From Anaeromyxobacter sp. (lineage in GTDB: Bacteria; Myxococcota; Myxococcia; Myxococcales; Anaeromyxobacteraceae): 64,000 nt of DNA. The stretch covers positions 193,109 through 257,108 of the forward strand of contig JASGJN010000002.1 of assembly GCA_049840735.1 (NCBI GenBank), written 5' to 3'. Positions 1 through 9,601 of the stretch are shown here, one piece after another (position 1 is the stretch's first letter; each line of letters begins with the position of its first letter). A program made the position numbers and the translations under genes. The notes beneath the pieces are model-generated. The model saw only the letters and a program-made list of their open reading frames with translations. It had not been told where the DNA came from and did no database searches.

Positions 1-57
1 CGGGGCGTTGTCGCCCCCCATGGCATCCAGTGCGACGGGCGCGATCGACTCGGACAC
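1..57 (-). CDS. plsX: Phosphate acyltransferase PlsX, N-terminus only (runs off window)
   Basis: Manual translation from GTG at 57 gives MSESIAPVALDAMGGDNAP, the PlsX DAMGGD.AP motif; follows yceD-rpmF in the canonical order. Confidence 0.9.
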   Translation of the reverse strand, partial: MSESIAPVALDAMGGDNAP

Positions 58-63
58 GGGAGG

Positions 64-243
64 TTACGTGCCCTCGATGACCGTCTCGCCCTTGTACGAG
101 CCGCAGGACGGGCACGCGCGGTGCGGGAGCACGGGCTCCTTGCACTTCGGGCACTTGATGACGTTGACGGGCTTGAGCTTGAAATTCGCCGCCCGGCGGC
201 GGTCGCGCCGCATGCTGCTGGTCCGCTTCTTCGGAACGCCCAC
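64..243 (-). CDS. rpmF: 50S ribosomal protein L32 (Zn-binding, C+ type)
   Basis: Manual translation MGVPKKRTSSMRRDRRRAANFKLKPVNVIKCPKCKEPVLPHRACPSCGSYKGETVIEGT; two CxxC. Confidence 0.97.
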   Translation of the reverse strand: MGVPKKRTSSMRRDRRRAANFKLKPVNVIKCPKCKEPVLPHRACPSCGSYKGETVIEGT

Positions 244-279
244 GTGATGCTCCTTCCAGTGCTCGATGCGGCCGCTGGA

Positions 280-843
280 CTACTTCAGCTTCACGTCCTT
301 GAGCCCCGCCCAGCGCGGGTCCGGAACGTGTCGATTGCAGCCGCACTCGCGATCGTTGAGATTGGCGCCGCAGACGGCGCAGAGGCCCTTGCAGTCGTCC
401 TTGCACACCGGGTAGCCCGGCAGCGCGAGGAGGAGCTGCTCCCTGACGAGCGGATCGAGGTCGATGACCTTGCCGCTGTAGACGTCCTCCTCCGCCTGCG
501 CCGGCTCGAAGCTGCCGGCCACCACCCCCGTGTTGCCGTCCTTGTCGGCGTGGGGGGCGTCGTCGTACTCGTCCGAGGGCACCAGCGTCAACTCGAACAC
601 GACGGGCAGGTCGACCGTCACCGGGGTGAGACAACGCCCACACTCGACGGTCAGCTGCGCCTCGCCGCGGAGCTTCACGCGGACGCGGCGCTCGATCTTC
701 TCGAGCGTTGCCTCGAGATGCGCGGGGCCGCGGGCCTGGTAGCCGGCCTGGTCGCCCGCCACGAGCTCACCCAGCTGCTCGCGGGACAGATCCCAGGACC
801 GGCGGAGGCCGTGCTCCTTGATTTCATCAATATTGACGCGCAT
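280..843 (-). CDS. yceD: YceD/DUF177 family protein
   Basis: CGRCL and LP..PVCKDDCKGLCAVCGANLN...C.C..DPRW motifs; upstream of rpmF. Confidence 0.95.
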   Translation of the reverse strand: MRVNIDEIKEHGLRRSWDLSREQLGELVAGDQAGYQARGPAHLEATLEKIERRVRVKLRGEAQLTVECGRCLTPVTVDLPVVFELTLVPSDEYDDAPHADKDGNTGVVAGSFEPAQAEEDVYSGKVIDLDPLVREQLLLALPGYPVCKDDCKGLCAVCGANLNDRECGCNRHVPDPRWAGLKDVKLK

Positions 844-875
844 TTATGCTACTTTCAGGGCGTAAAAAGGGCCTC

Positions 876-903
876 ATTATAGGGGGGTCACCCCTCCAGT
901 CAA
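876..903 (-). promoter_or_regulatory. Sigma70-type promoter of yceD-rpmF-plsX
   Basis: Minus strand TTGACT-16 nt-TATAAT, near consensus in a very GC-rich background. Confidence 0.75.
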
Positions 904-1055
904 GGCGCAGCGGGACATGCGGCGGACGGCCTGCCGCGACCGGGGAGGGACGAGACCACCTAACCCCAGGTCAACCCAGGTGCACGGTCACGGCTCGCCG
1001 CACCCCGCTCGCAGGGGCGCGGCGAGTTGCCCTGGCTCGAAGGCCTGCCGCTCGG

Positions 1056-1703
1056 TCAGGGCTTCACGAGACCGCGAGCCACGGCCAGCAGCGCCGCCTC
1101 GGCCTTCGTGGAGACGTCCATCTTCTCGTAGATGCGCTTCACGTAGGTCTGGACGGTGCCCTCCGCGATGCCCAGCGCCTGCGCCACGTCGGCGTAGGTG
1201 TGGCCGTGCACCAGGAGCTGCAGCACCTCCAGCTCACGCTTCGAGAGCGCCGGGCCGTCCTTGGCGCGCTGGTCCGGCGGGTCGCCCCGCAGCTCGGCGA
1301 GCAGCACCTTGGCCGCCCGGGGGCTGATGGGGGCCGCCTCGCCGGAGAGCACGTCCTCCACCGCCTTGGTGAGGTCGGCGGCGTGGAACGGCTTGAGGAT
1401 GTAGCCCGAGGCGCCGGCCCGCATGGCCGCCAGCACGCGCGCCGGGATGTCCACGGCGGTGAGCGCGATGCAGGCGGTCTTGGGCAGCTCCTGGCGGATG
1501 GTGGCGATCACGTCCTCGCCGCTCATCTTCGGCAGGCCGAGGTCGACCAGCGCCACGTCCGGCCGCTCGCGGCGAGCCAGCGCGACCCCGTCCTCGCCGG
1601 TGGCCGCGGTCCCGCAGACCTCGAAGCCGTGGGAGGTGAGGACCTGCGCGATCAGGCGGGGGACCGCCTCATCGTCCTCGACAGCGATTGCCCGGATGGC
1701 CAT
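1056..1703 (-). CDS. NarL/LuxR-family response regulator
   Basis: Receiver (EDD, LVDLGLP, GYILKP) plus LuxR HTH (LSKRELEVLQLL..G). Confidence 0.93.
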   Translation of the reverse strand: MAIRAIAVEDDEAVPRLIAQVLTSHGFEVCGTAATGEDGVALARRERPDVALVDLGLPKMSGEDVIATIRQELPKTACIALTAVDIPARVLAAMRAGASGYILKPFHAADLTKAVEDVLSGEAAPISPRAAKVLLAELRGDPPDQRAKDGPALSKRELEVLQLLVHGHTYADVAQALGIAEGTVQTYVKRIYEKMDVSTKAEAALLAVARGLVKP

Positions 1704-1951
1704 GCCTTCCTCTGTGCGGGAATGCGCCGCACCTGACGAAAAAACCGTGTCATGAGTAGCAGCCCCGGACGGCGGGGGTCAAGGACAGGGTCCCACGCAG
1801 ACGGGACGTCCCCTCCCCCTGGGCCCGCCCAGCCCACGCCGGCCCCCTCGGCGGACAGGCACGCAGCGTCGAATCGCACCCCCTGTGAACCGCCCGCCCT
1901 GCACTGGAGGGGCGTCCCGGCCGCGGGGCCGCTCCAGGCCCGCGAACCTGC

Positions 1952-1980
1952 TTGCGTTTGGGGGTGGGGTGCACTACATA
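1952..1980 (+). promoter_or_regulatory. Possible sigma70 promoter of tRNA-Arg
   Basis: TTGCGT-17 nt-TACATA ending 12 nt before the tRNA. Confidence 0.4.
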
Positions 1981-1992
1981 CGGCCCCCGCGA

Positions 1993-2069
<77 letters not shown>

Positions 2070-2073
2070 ACTT

Positions 2074-2116
2074 GAAGGGCCGGCCTCCCACGCGGGAAGC
2101 CGGCCCTTCTCTTTTT
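2074..2116 (+). terminator. Rho-independent terminator after tRNA
   Basis: GAAGGGCCGGC...GCCGGCCCTTC stem followed by TCTTTTT. Confidence 0.8.
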
Positions 2117-2292
2117 GGCCTCCCCCCCCCCCGCCAAGGGCCACCCCGCCCCTGCACCGATGGTCCGGAGAGGGCCGGTTCTGTGGACACGCGCCCGACA
2201 ACGCTGTGGAATGTAGGCGCCCTGGACCGGCGCCCGGCGCAGCCACCGACCTCGACCGGATGACTCCCGGGCAGAGGATTGGGGGACCACCG

Positions 2293-2927
2293 GTGACACG
2301 CATCCTGATCGTCGACGATCACGAGATTCATGCGGCGCGGCCTGCGGCAGGTGGTGGCCGAGGGCTTCCAGGACGCGGTGACCGGCGAGGCGGGAGACGC
2401 CGCCGCGGCCCTGGCCGCCATCGAGCGCGAGCCGTGGGACCTGGTGGTGCTCGACGTGAACCTGCCCGGCCGCAGCGGCATCGACCTGCTGGGCGACCTG
2501 CAGACCCGCTTCAAGGGGCTCCCGGTGCTGATGCTGAGCGCCTATCCGGAGGAGGACTTCGCCGTGCGCTGCATCCAGCGCGGCGCCTCCGGCTACCTCA
2601 CCAAGACCAGCGCCTCGCAGGAGCTGGTGGCCGCGGTCCGCAAGGTGCTGGCCGGCGGCCGCTACGTGACCGCCTCGCTGGCGGAGCGGCTGGCCTCGGT
2701 CCTGGGCGGGCAGCTGGAGCCCGCCCCCGAGGACGCGCTCTCCGCGCGCGAGCTGCAGGTCCTCCGCGGCGTGGCCGCGGGCCGGACGCTCAAGGGAGAT
2801 CGCCGCCGAGCTGGGGCTCTCGGAGAAGACGGTGGGGACCTACCGGGCCCGCCTCTCCAGCAAGCTCGGGCTCTCGACCAACGTCGAGCTCACGCGCTAC
2901 GCCATGCGGCGCGGGCTGGTGGACTGA
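2293..2927 (+). CDS. NarL/UvrY-like response regulator (apparent frameshifts ~2327 and ~2795)
   Basis: MTRILIVDDHEI / MRRGLRQ...VLDVNLP...LSARELQVL / EIAAELGLSEKTVGTYRARL across three frames; single-base corrections restore a full protein. Confidence 0.88.
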
Positions 2928-2955
2928 GAGCGGACGCCGGACGCCGCGCCCTCCG

Positions 2956-3651
2956 CTAGAACCCCTTGATGCTGCACTTCTGGCGCAGCTCGGGCAGGCG
3001 CGCGGCCACGTAGAGCGCGCGCCCCTCCTCCTGCACCGGCGGGCCCTCGGGATAGGTCGTGCCCTGCGCGTCGCCGTACGCGTTGAGCCCGCGCGCCGCC
3101 AGCTCGCGGTCCACGCACTCGCGCGCCTGCGCCTCGGCGGCCTGGTCTGCGGTCTGCTGCTGCTGCTGCGCGCTGGTCGCGACCACCACCACCTTGCCCT
3201 GCTCCGGCCCGATCACGCCGGTCCAGGAGGCGTCACCGCCGCGGATGGTGTTGGCGACGAACCGCGCCTCGTACCTGTACGTGCCCGGCTGCAGCTTCGG
3301 GCAGTAGGGGCGCGCGTCGACGACGGCCTTGGAGCGGCCGCCGGTCGGGAGCGAGACGCCCTGCCAGGGCTCCAAGTTGAGCGTGGTGGCGCGCGGCGAC
3401 TTGCAGACGGGCTTCCCGCCCTCCTGCTCCGGGTAGATGGCCAGCTCCACGGTCTCCTGCGTCGGCCGGGCGATGGTCATGCGCCGCCCGCTGGCGTTGT
3501 AGATCGCCAGCTCGACCTCGAACGCGCCGCCCTCCGTCCACTCGACGTCCGGCGTCTCCAGGCGGATCAGCGCCCCGGGGCCGTGCGCGGTGGTGGCGCA
3601 CCCGACGAACAAGGCCGCCGCGGCCAGCGTCCACGTGAAGCGTGCCGACAT
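2956..3651 (-). CDS. Hypothetical lipoprotein
   Basis: GGAG RBS, signal peptide with lipobox-like LFVGC, coding-like codon usage. Confidence 0.65.
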   Translation of the reverse strand: MSARFTWTLAAAALFVGCATTAHGPGALIRLETPDVEWTEGGAFEVELAIYNASGRRMTIARPTQETVELAIYPEQEGGKPVCKSPRATTLNLEPWQGVSLPTGGRSKAVVDARPYCPKLQPGTYRYEARFVANTIRGGDASWTGVIGPEQGKVVVVATSAQQQQQTADQAAEAQARECVDRELAARGLNAYGDAQGTTYPEGPPVQEEGRALYVAARLPELRQKCSIKGF

Positions 3652-3750
3652 GTGCTCCTCCTGCGCGGCCCGAGCAGGGGACCGCCGCCCGCGCAGCATA
3701 CCCAGGTGCCGGCGCGGCGCCACAGCGGAGTGCAGGGCGCGGCCGGGCGC

Positions 3751-4689
3751 CTACCCCGCGCCCGCCAGCGTGTCCTCGATCCGCGTGACGGTGGCGGCGT
3801 CCAGCCGCACGTCCGAGGCGCGGGCGTTGTCCTCCAGCTGCTCGGGGCGCGAGGCGCCCACGATGGCCGAGGACACCTCCGGCCGGCGCAGCACCCAGGC
3901 CAGGGCGAGCTGCGGCATCGAGATCCCCAGCTCGGCGGCGATGGGCTTCAGCCGCTGCACCGCGGCCAGCACCTCGTCGTCCAGCCACCGCCCGATGAAG
4001 CCGCTCATCGCCTCGCTGGTGGCGCGCGAGCCGGGCGGCGGCGGCTGGCCGGGCAGGTACTTGCCCGCCAGCACCCCCTGCGCCAGCGGCGACCAGACGA
4101 TCTGGCCGATCCCCTCGCGCGCGCAGAGCGGGAAGACGTCGGTCTCCGGCTGGCGCCAGAGCAGCGAGTACTGCGGCTGGCTGGAGACGAAGCGCGCGCC
4201 GGGCAGCGCCAGCGCCGCCGCGATTCGCGGCGCCTTCCACTCGGAGAAGCCGATGTAGCGCGCCTTTCCCTGCCGGACCGCCTCCGTGAGCGCCGCCATG
4301 GTCTCCTCCAGCGGCGTCTCCGGATCGTACCGGTGGCACTGGTAGAGATCGACGTGGTCCACCCGCAGCCGCTGCAGCGAGGCGTCGAGCTGCTTGCGGA
4401 TCTGCGCCGCCGAGAGCCCCTTGTCGCTGGGCGACATGGGGAAGAACAGCTTGGTGGCCAGCACGTAGCGATCGCGCGGCACCCCGCGCAGCGCCGCGCC
4501 CAGGAACGACTCGGCGGCGCCGTGCGCGTAGACGTTGGCGGTGTCGATGAGGTTGATGCCCAGGTCGAAGGCGCGCCGCAGGCAGGCCTCCGCCTGCTCC
4601 CGCTCCACCCCGCCGCCGTAGGTGAGCCACGAGCCCAGGCTCACCTCCGAGACCTCCAGGTCGCTCGCGCCCAGCTTCCGATACTTCAT
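3751..4689 (-). CDS. Aldo/keto reductase (Kv-beta/MocA-like)
   Basis: LGSWLTYG, DTANVY, LATK, DLYQCH, SPLAQGVL motifs. Confidence 0.93.
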   Translation of the reverse strand: MKYRKLGASDLEVSEVSLGSWLTYGGGVEREQAEACLRRAFDLGINLIDTANVYAHGAAESFLGAALRGVPRDRYVLATKLFFPMSPSDKGLSAAQIRKQLDASLQRLRVDHVDLYQCHRYDPETPLEETMAALTEAVRQGKARYIGFSEWKAPRIAAALALPGARFVSSQPQYSLLWRQPETDVFPLCAREGIGQIVWSPLAQGVLAGKYLPGQPPPPGSRATSEAMSGFIGRWLDDEVLAAVQRLKPIAAELGISMPQLALAWVLRRPEVSSAIVGASRPEQLEDNARASDVRLDAATVTRIEDTLAGAG

Positions 4690-4796
4690 GCGCCCTCCCC
4701 GACCGCCCTGCGGCCGCTGCCCTTCCATAGCCGGTTCCTGCGCGCCCTGCGCCCGACGCGCGCCGCCGGGGGGCTTCCCTTCGGCATCGACGAGAT

Positions 4797-4815
4797 GATA
4801 ATGAGAGTCTGTTTC
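4797..4815 (+). promoter_or_regulatory. Fur box
   Basis: GATAATGAGAGTCTGTTTC matches GATAATGATAATCATTATC at 14/19 and sits directly upstream of the bfd-bfr operon. Confidence 0.7.
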
Positions 4816-4841
4816 ATGAGAACCCCAAACGGAGTCATTCC

Positions 4842-5063
4842 GTGCCCGAAACCCAGCTACCCTCCCCTCCCCCGCGGTTTGCGCTCACCTGCACCGGCTG
4901 CGGTCAGTCGCTGGAGGCGCAGACGAAGGGATGGCTGGACGCTGCGGCGGCGCTGGCGAGCGGGCTCGGCTTCCAGCTCACCACCGCGCGGCTGGAGCTG
5001 TTCGGCTGCTGCGCCGCCTGCCGCCTGGCGGCCGCCTTTCCTGCGCAGGAGGGGCGCGCGTGA
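4842..5063 (+). CDS. Fur-family C-terminal (dimerisation/Zn) domain-only protein
   Basis: LTCTGCG...GFQLTTARLELFGCCAAC matches the Fur C-terminal pattern; GGAG RBS; stop overlaps the bfd start (GTGA). Confidence 0.7.
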   Translation: MPETQLPSPPPRFALTCTGCGQSLEAQTKGWLDAAAALASGLGFQLTTARLELFGCCAACRLAAAFPAQEGRA

Positions 5064-5296
5064 AGATCTGCGTCTGCTTCAACGTGTCCGACGGGTGGAT
5101 CCGCGCGCAGGCGGAGGCGGGTCAGCCGCTCGAGACCGTGCTGCGCGAGTCGCGCGCGGGCTCCGCCTGCGGGACCTGCCGCACGGCCGTCGCCGAGGTC
5201 CACGCCGCCGCGCTGGAGGGAAGGCACGCCGCGCCGCCGCCTCCATGCCTGCGCGCCGCCTGCGCCTCGCGCGCCGCCCAGCGCAGCGCCGCCTGA
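5060..5296 (+). CDS. bfd: Bacterioferritin-associated ferredoxin
   Basis: MKICVCFNVSD...GSACGTC [2Fe-2S] motif; upstream of bfr. Confidence 0.88.
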   Translation: MKICVCFNVSDGWIRAQAEAGQPLETVLRESRAGSACGTCRTAVAEVHAAALEGRHAAPPPPCLRAACASRAAQRSAA

Positions 5297-5409
5297 ACGC
5301 CCAAGGAGGGTGGCCGCTCCGCACGGGCCTGGCTTGGATCCGGGCCGCGGATGACGCTCTCCGGACGGACGCGGCCCCATCCCGGGAGCGCACGCCGAGG
5401 GAGATCGGA

Positions 5410-5886
5410 ATGAAGGGTGACCCCCGGATCATCGACCTGCTGAACGAGGTCCTCACCAACGAGCTCACCGCCGTGAACCAGTACTTCCTGCACGCGCGCA
5501 TCTGCGACAACTGGGGGTACGAACGGCTGCACCACCGGTTCCGGGCGGAGTCGATCGACGAGATGAAGGACGCCGACCGGCTGATCGAGCGGGTCCTCTA
5601 CCTGGAGGGGCTCCCCAACCTGCAGCGGCTCGGGAAGATCAACGTCGGCGAGAACGTCCCGGAGATGCTCCAGCTCGACCTGGCCGTCGAGGCGCAGGCC
5701 ATCTCCACCCTCAACCGCGGCATCGCCCTCTGCCGCGAGGCGGGGGACAACGGCTCGGCCGAGCTGCTCGAGGACATCCTGGAGGGCGAGGAGGAGCACG
5801 CCAACTGGATCGAGGGCCAGCTGGCGGCCATCCAGCAGATGGGCGCCCCGGCCTGGCTCGCAGAGCAGCTCCACGGCGGGGGATGA
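5410..5886 (+). CDS. bfr: Bacterioferritin
   Basis: MKGDPRIIDLLNEVLTNELTAVNQYFLH...ESIDEMK...LEGLPNLQ...EEEH. Confidence 0.97.
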   Translation: MKGDPRIIDLLNEVLTNELTAVNQYFLHARICDNWGYERLHHRFRAESIDEMKDADRLIERVLYLEGLPNLQRLGKINVGENVPEMLQLDLAVEAQAISTLNRGIALCREAGDNGSAELLEDILEGEEEHANWIEGQLAAIQQMGAPAWLAEQLHGGG

Positions 5887-5963
5887 GCGGACGAAATTCC
5901 GGGACCGCCGCCGGGCTCGGGGGTAGGCTCGGAAACGACGGATGCCTCGAGGAGCACGACACC

Positions 5964-6155
5964 ATGCCCGTGAGCAAGAAGCGCAAGAAGGACGGAAAGC
6001 CGGTCCACCGCTCCGAGCCGGCGCACGCCGGACCGGAGCACGCGCACGGCCCGGAGACGGCCGCCGCCACGGCGGTCGAGCGCCCGGCGCACGGCAAGCC
6101 GAGCAACCCCTTCGTCGCGCAGCAGACGCGCCGCGCCTCGCAGCGCGGCCGCTGA
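5964..6155 (+). CDS. Small basic hypothetical protein
   Basis: GAGGAG RBS, MPVSKKRKKDGK..., GC3-rich codons. Confidence 0.55.
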   Translation: MPVSKKRKKDGKPVHRSEPAHAGPEHAHGPETAAATAVERPAHGKPSNPFVAQQTRRASQRGR

Positions 6156-6439
6156 GCGTCGCCCGTCCCGCGGGCCGATCCGGGCGGCGGCCGCCGCCCT
6201 GGACCGTCTACGTCCTGCGCTGCGGCGACGGCACGCTCTACACCGGGGCCACCAACGATCTCGCCGCGCGCGTGAAGCGCCACGCGGCCGGCCGCGGCGC
6301 GCGCTACACGCGCTCGCGCCTGCCGGTCACGCTGGTCCACGCCGAGCCGGCGCGCGACCGGAGCGCCGCGCTCCGGCGCGAGGCGGCGCTCAAGCGGCTC
6401 ACGCGCGCGGAGAAGCTGCGGCTCATCGGGAGGCGCTGA
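6152..6439 (+). CDS. GIY-YIG nuclease family protein (UPF0213, YhbQ/YazA-like); start uncertain
   Basis: WTVYVLRCGDGTLYTGATNDLAARVKRH..G.GARYTR.RLP...A.RRE..LK motif. Confidence 0.85.
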   Translation: MSVARPAGRSGRRPPPWTVYVLRCGDGTLYTGATNDLAARVKRHAAGRGARYTRSRLPVTLVHAEPARDRSAALRREAALKRLTRAEKLRLIGRR

Positions 6440-7211
6440 ATGGACCTGGGGCTGGCGGGCAAGGTGGCGGTGGTGACCGGCGGGAGCCGCGGCATCGGCC
6501 GCGCCACGGCCGAGGCGCTGGCGCGGGAGGGCGCGCGCGTGGCGGTGGGCGCCCGCGGCCGCGCGGACCTGGACGCCGCGCTGGAGGCGCTGCGCGCCGC
6601 GGGGCCGGGGCCGCACCTGGCGGTGGAGGCGGACCTGCTCACGCCGGAGGGGATCGAGGCGCTGGTGGGCGGCGCCGCGGCGGCGCTGGGCGGCGTGGAC
6701 GTGCTGGTCAACAACGTGGGCGGCTCCGGGGCGCGGACCTTCGCCGACGCCGGCGAGGACGACTTCCGCGCCGTGCTCGACAGGAACCTCTGGCCCGCGC
6801 TGCGCGCCAGCCAGCGCGCGCTCCCGGAGCTCCGGCGGCGCGGCGGCGGCGCCATCGTGATGGTGGCGTCGATTCTGGGGGCGCGAGGCCGGCGGCGGCC
6901 CCTCCTACAACGTGGCCAAGGCGGCCGAGATCAGCCTCGCCAAGGCCATGGCGCGCGAGCTGGCGCCGGACGGCGTGCGGGTCAACGCCGTCGCGCCCGG
7001 CTCCATCTGGTTCCCCGGCGGAGGCTGGGATCGCCGGCAGCGCGCCGACCCCGAGGGGATCGCCGCCTTCGTCCGGCGCGAGCTCCCCGCCGGGCGCTTC
7101 GGTCGCCCCGAGGAGGTGGCGGACGTGATCGCCTTCCTGGCCTCGCCCCGCGCCGCATGGGTCAACGGCGCGTGCTGGGTGGTGGACGGCGCGCAGTCGC
7201 GCGCGTTCTGA
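6440..7211 (+). CDS. SDR family oxidoreductase (apparent frameshift ~6873)
   Basis: TGGSRGIG, VNNVG; removing one T from GATTC restores SIWGREAGGGPSYNVAK (YxxxK). Confidence 0.9.
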
Positions 7212-7302
7212 CGGCCGCCGCCCCGGACGGCGATCATTCCCGGCCCTTCGGGGACCACCTCGCCCGCAGCCGTGTGCGCACCTTCTCCCGCGGGAGGGGA
7301 CG

Positions 7303-8496
7303 ATGCCGGAGCGTGCGGACTTCAGCGCGAGGTGGATCGTGAAGCGGGCCGCCAAGGCGGCCGTGGCAGGGGCGCTCACCGCGGTGGGGCTCCACCACGC
7401 CGTGCGGGTGCTGCGGCGGCGCCAGGCGGGCGGCGCCCGGGTGCTGATCCTGTCCTACCACCGCGTCACCCCCGACTTCGCCGCCACCGCCCGGGAGAGC
7501 CTGGCCTCGCTGCTGGTCTCCACCGCCACGCTGCGGCGGCAGCTGGAGCACGTGGCCCGGCACCACGAGATCGTCTCGCTGGCCGAGGCGCGCCGGATCC
7601 TGGCCGAGCCGGCCGGCGCGCGGCGGCGCGACGTGGTGGCGGTGACGCTGGACGACGGCTACGCCGACGTGGCCGAGCACGCGCTGCCGGTGCTGGCCGC
7701 GCTGCGGGTCCCGGCCAGCGTCTTCGTGCCCACCGGCTACCTCGGCACCGATCGCCGGCTGCCCCACGACCGGCTCCACGCCACGCTCACCCTGCTCCAG
7801 CAGGGCGGCATCCCCTTCGAGCGCGCCGGGCTGCCGGCGCCGCTGCAGCCGCTGCTCACCGCCTGCGCCGAGGCCGGCCCGGCCGCCACCCTCGACCGGC
7901 TCATCTCGCGCCTGCCGCACGACCGGCTGGTGGCGCTGGCCACCGGCCTGGAGGCGCGGCTGGGGCGCAGCGAGCAGGACCTGCCGGCGCACGGCCGGCT
8001 CATGCGCTGGGACGAGGTGCGCGCGCTCGACGCCGCCGGGCTGGACGTGGGCGGGCACACCGTGAACCACGCGGTGCTGGCCAACCTGCCGCTGGCCGAG
8101 GCGCGCCGCGAGCTGCAGGGCTGCCGCGACGACCTGGAGGCCCACCTCGGGAAGCGGCCGCACCACTTCGCCTACCCCAACGGCTACTACACGCCGGCCG
8201 TGCAGGAGGCGGTCCGCCAGGCGGGGTTCGAGGCCGCCGTCACCATCGAGGACGAGGAGAACCGGCACGGCGCGGGGCCGCTGGGGCTCAAGCGGAAGGT
8301 GCTCTGGGAGAACACCACCCTGGGGCCGCTGGGCTGGAGCGGGTTCGTGGCCACCTGCAACCTGGGCGGCGTCTTCTCCACGCTGGGCCTGGCCCGCCCG
8401 GTGCCGGGCATCCGGCCCGACCCGGTCCCGGACGCCCTGGCGCTGGCCCCGGAGCCGGCCGCGCCCGGCGCCCCCGAGGAGCGGGCGGTCAGCTGA
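7303..8496 (+). CDS. Polysaccharide deacetylase (CE4/NodB)
   Basis: ILSYHRV, TLDDGY, GHTVNH, FAYPNG motifs. Confidence 0.92.
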   Translation: MPERADFSARWIVKRAAKAAVAGALTAVGLHHAVRVLRRRQAGGARVLILSYHRVTPDFAATARESLASLLVSTATLRRQLEHVARHHEIVSLAEARRILAEPAGARRRDVVAVTLDDGYADVAEHALPVLAALRVPASVFVPTGYLGTDRRLPHDRLHATLTLLQQGGIPFERAGLPAPLQPLLTACAEAGPAATLDRLISRLPHDRLVALATGLEARLGRSEQDLPAHGRLMRWDEVRALDAAGLDVGGHTVNHAVLANLPLAEARRELQGCRDDLEAHLGKRPHHFAYPNGYYTPAVQEAVRQAGFEAAVTIEDEENRHGAGPLGLKRKVLWENTTLGPLGWSGFVATCNLGGVFSTLGLARPVPGIRPDPVPDALALAPEPAAPGAPEERAVS

Positions 8497-9584
8497 TGCG
8501 CGTGGCGCTGGTGGGGAACTGGCCTCCGCCGCAGGGGGGCGTGGCGGTGCACGTGGCCGCCCTGGCGCGCAGCCTGCGCGCGCGCGGGGCCGACGTGCGG
8601 GTGCTGGACCTGGGCGAGGGCGGCCACGCCGGCCCGGCGCTGGTGCCGGCGCGGGGGGCGCGCCGGCTCTCGCTGGCGCTGGCCGGGGTCGCCGCCGAGC
8701 GTCGGCTGGTCCACCTGCACACCAGCGGCGCCAACCTGCCCAGCTGGTGCGTGGCGCTGGCGGCCGGGCGGGCCCGCCGCCCGGGGGCGCCCCGCGGCGT
8801 GCTCACGCTCCACTCCGGCTCGTTGCCGGCGTGGCTGGCGGGCTCGCCGGCGCGGCGGCTGCTGGCGCGCGCCGCCTGCGCCGGCTTCGGCACGGTGGTG
8901 GCGGTGAGCGAGGCCATCGCCGCGGCCCTCCGCGAGGCCGGCGTGCCGGCGGCGCGCCTCCGCGTGCTGGAGGCCTTCTCGCCGGCGCTGCTGGAGCCCC
9001 CGGCGCCGCCGCCGGGGCTGGCCGCGCTGCGGGCCGCCGCCGCGCCGCTGGTGGCCGCGGCGGTGCTGCCCGGCCCGGTCTACGGCCCCGACCTGCTCCT
9101 GCCCGCCTTCGCGCGGCTGCGGGCGCGCCACCCGCAGGCTGTCCTGGCGGTGATGGGCCAGGGCAGCCAGGACCCGCCGTTCCGCGGCGCGCCCGGCGTG
9201 GCCGGCCTGGGCGAGCTCGCGCACGCGGCGGCGCTGGCCGTGCTGGCGGCGGCCGACGTCTTCGTGCGCGCCACCCGCGTGGATGGCGACGCCCTCACCG
9301 TGCGGGAGGCGCTGGCGCTGGGCTGCCGCGTGGTGGCGAGCGACGTGGGTCACCGGCCGGCCGGCTGCCTGCTCTTCCCGCCCGGGGACGCCGTCGCGCT
9401 GGGCGAGGCCCTGCTGCGGGCGGCGGCGCTGCGCCGGCCCGGGGTCGGCGGGGCCGCCTCCCCGGACACGTTCGAGGCCCTCTGGGACGTCTACCGGGCC
9501 CACGCCGTGGGCCGCGCGCCCCCGCCGGCGCCGGCCCCGATCACCTCGCCCCTCCGCGGCGCTGGCCGCGCGGGGCGCGGGTGA
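8496..9584 (+). CDS. Glycosyltransferase family 4
   Basis: MRVALVGNWPPPQGGVAVH...DVFVRATRVDGDALTVREALALGCRVVASDVG. Confidence 0.85.
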   Translation: MRVALVGNWPPPQGGVAVHVAALARSLRARGADVRVLDLGEGGHAGPALVPARGARRLSLALAGVAAERRLVHLHTSGANLPSWCVALAAGRARRPGAPRGVLTLHSGSLPAWLAGSPARRLLARAACAGFGTVVAVSEAIAAALREAGVPAARLRVLEAFSPALLEPPAPPPGLAALRAAAAPLVAAAVLPGPVYGPDLLLPAFARLRARHPQAVLAVMGQGSQDPPFRGAPGVAGLGELAHAAALAVLAAADVFVRATRVDGDALTVREALALGCRVVASDVGHRPAGCLLFPPGDAVALGEALLRAAALRRPGVGGAASPDTFEALWDVYRAHAVGRAPPPAPAPITSPLRGAGRAGRG

Positions 9585-9601
9585 GAACCGTCCGGGCGAG
9601 C

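Noticed and set aside
962..981. Short tandem AACCC(C)AGGT repeat
   Set aside because: Only two imperfect copies; not distinguishable from chance.
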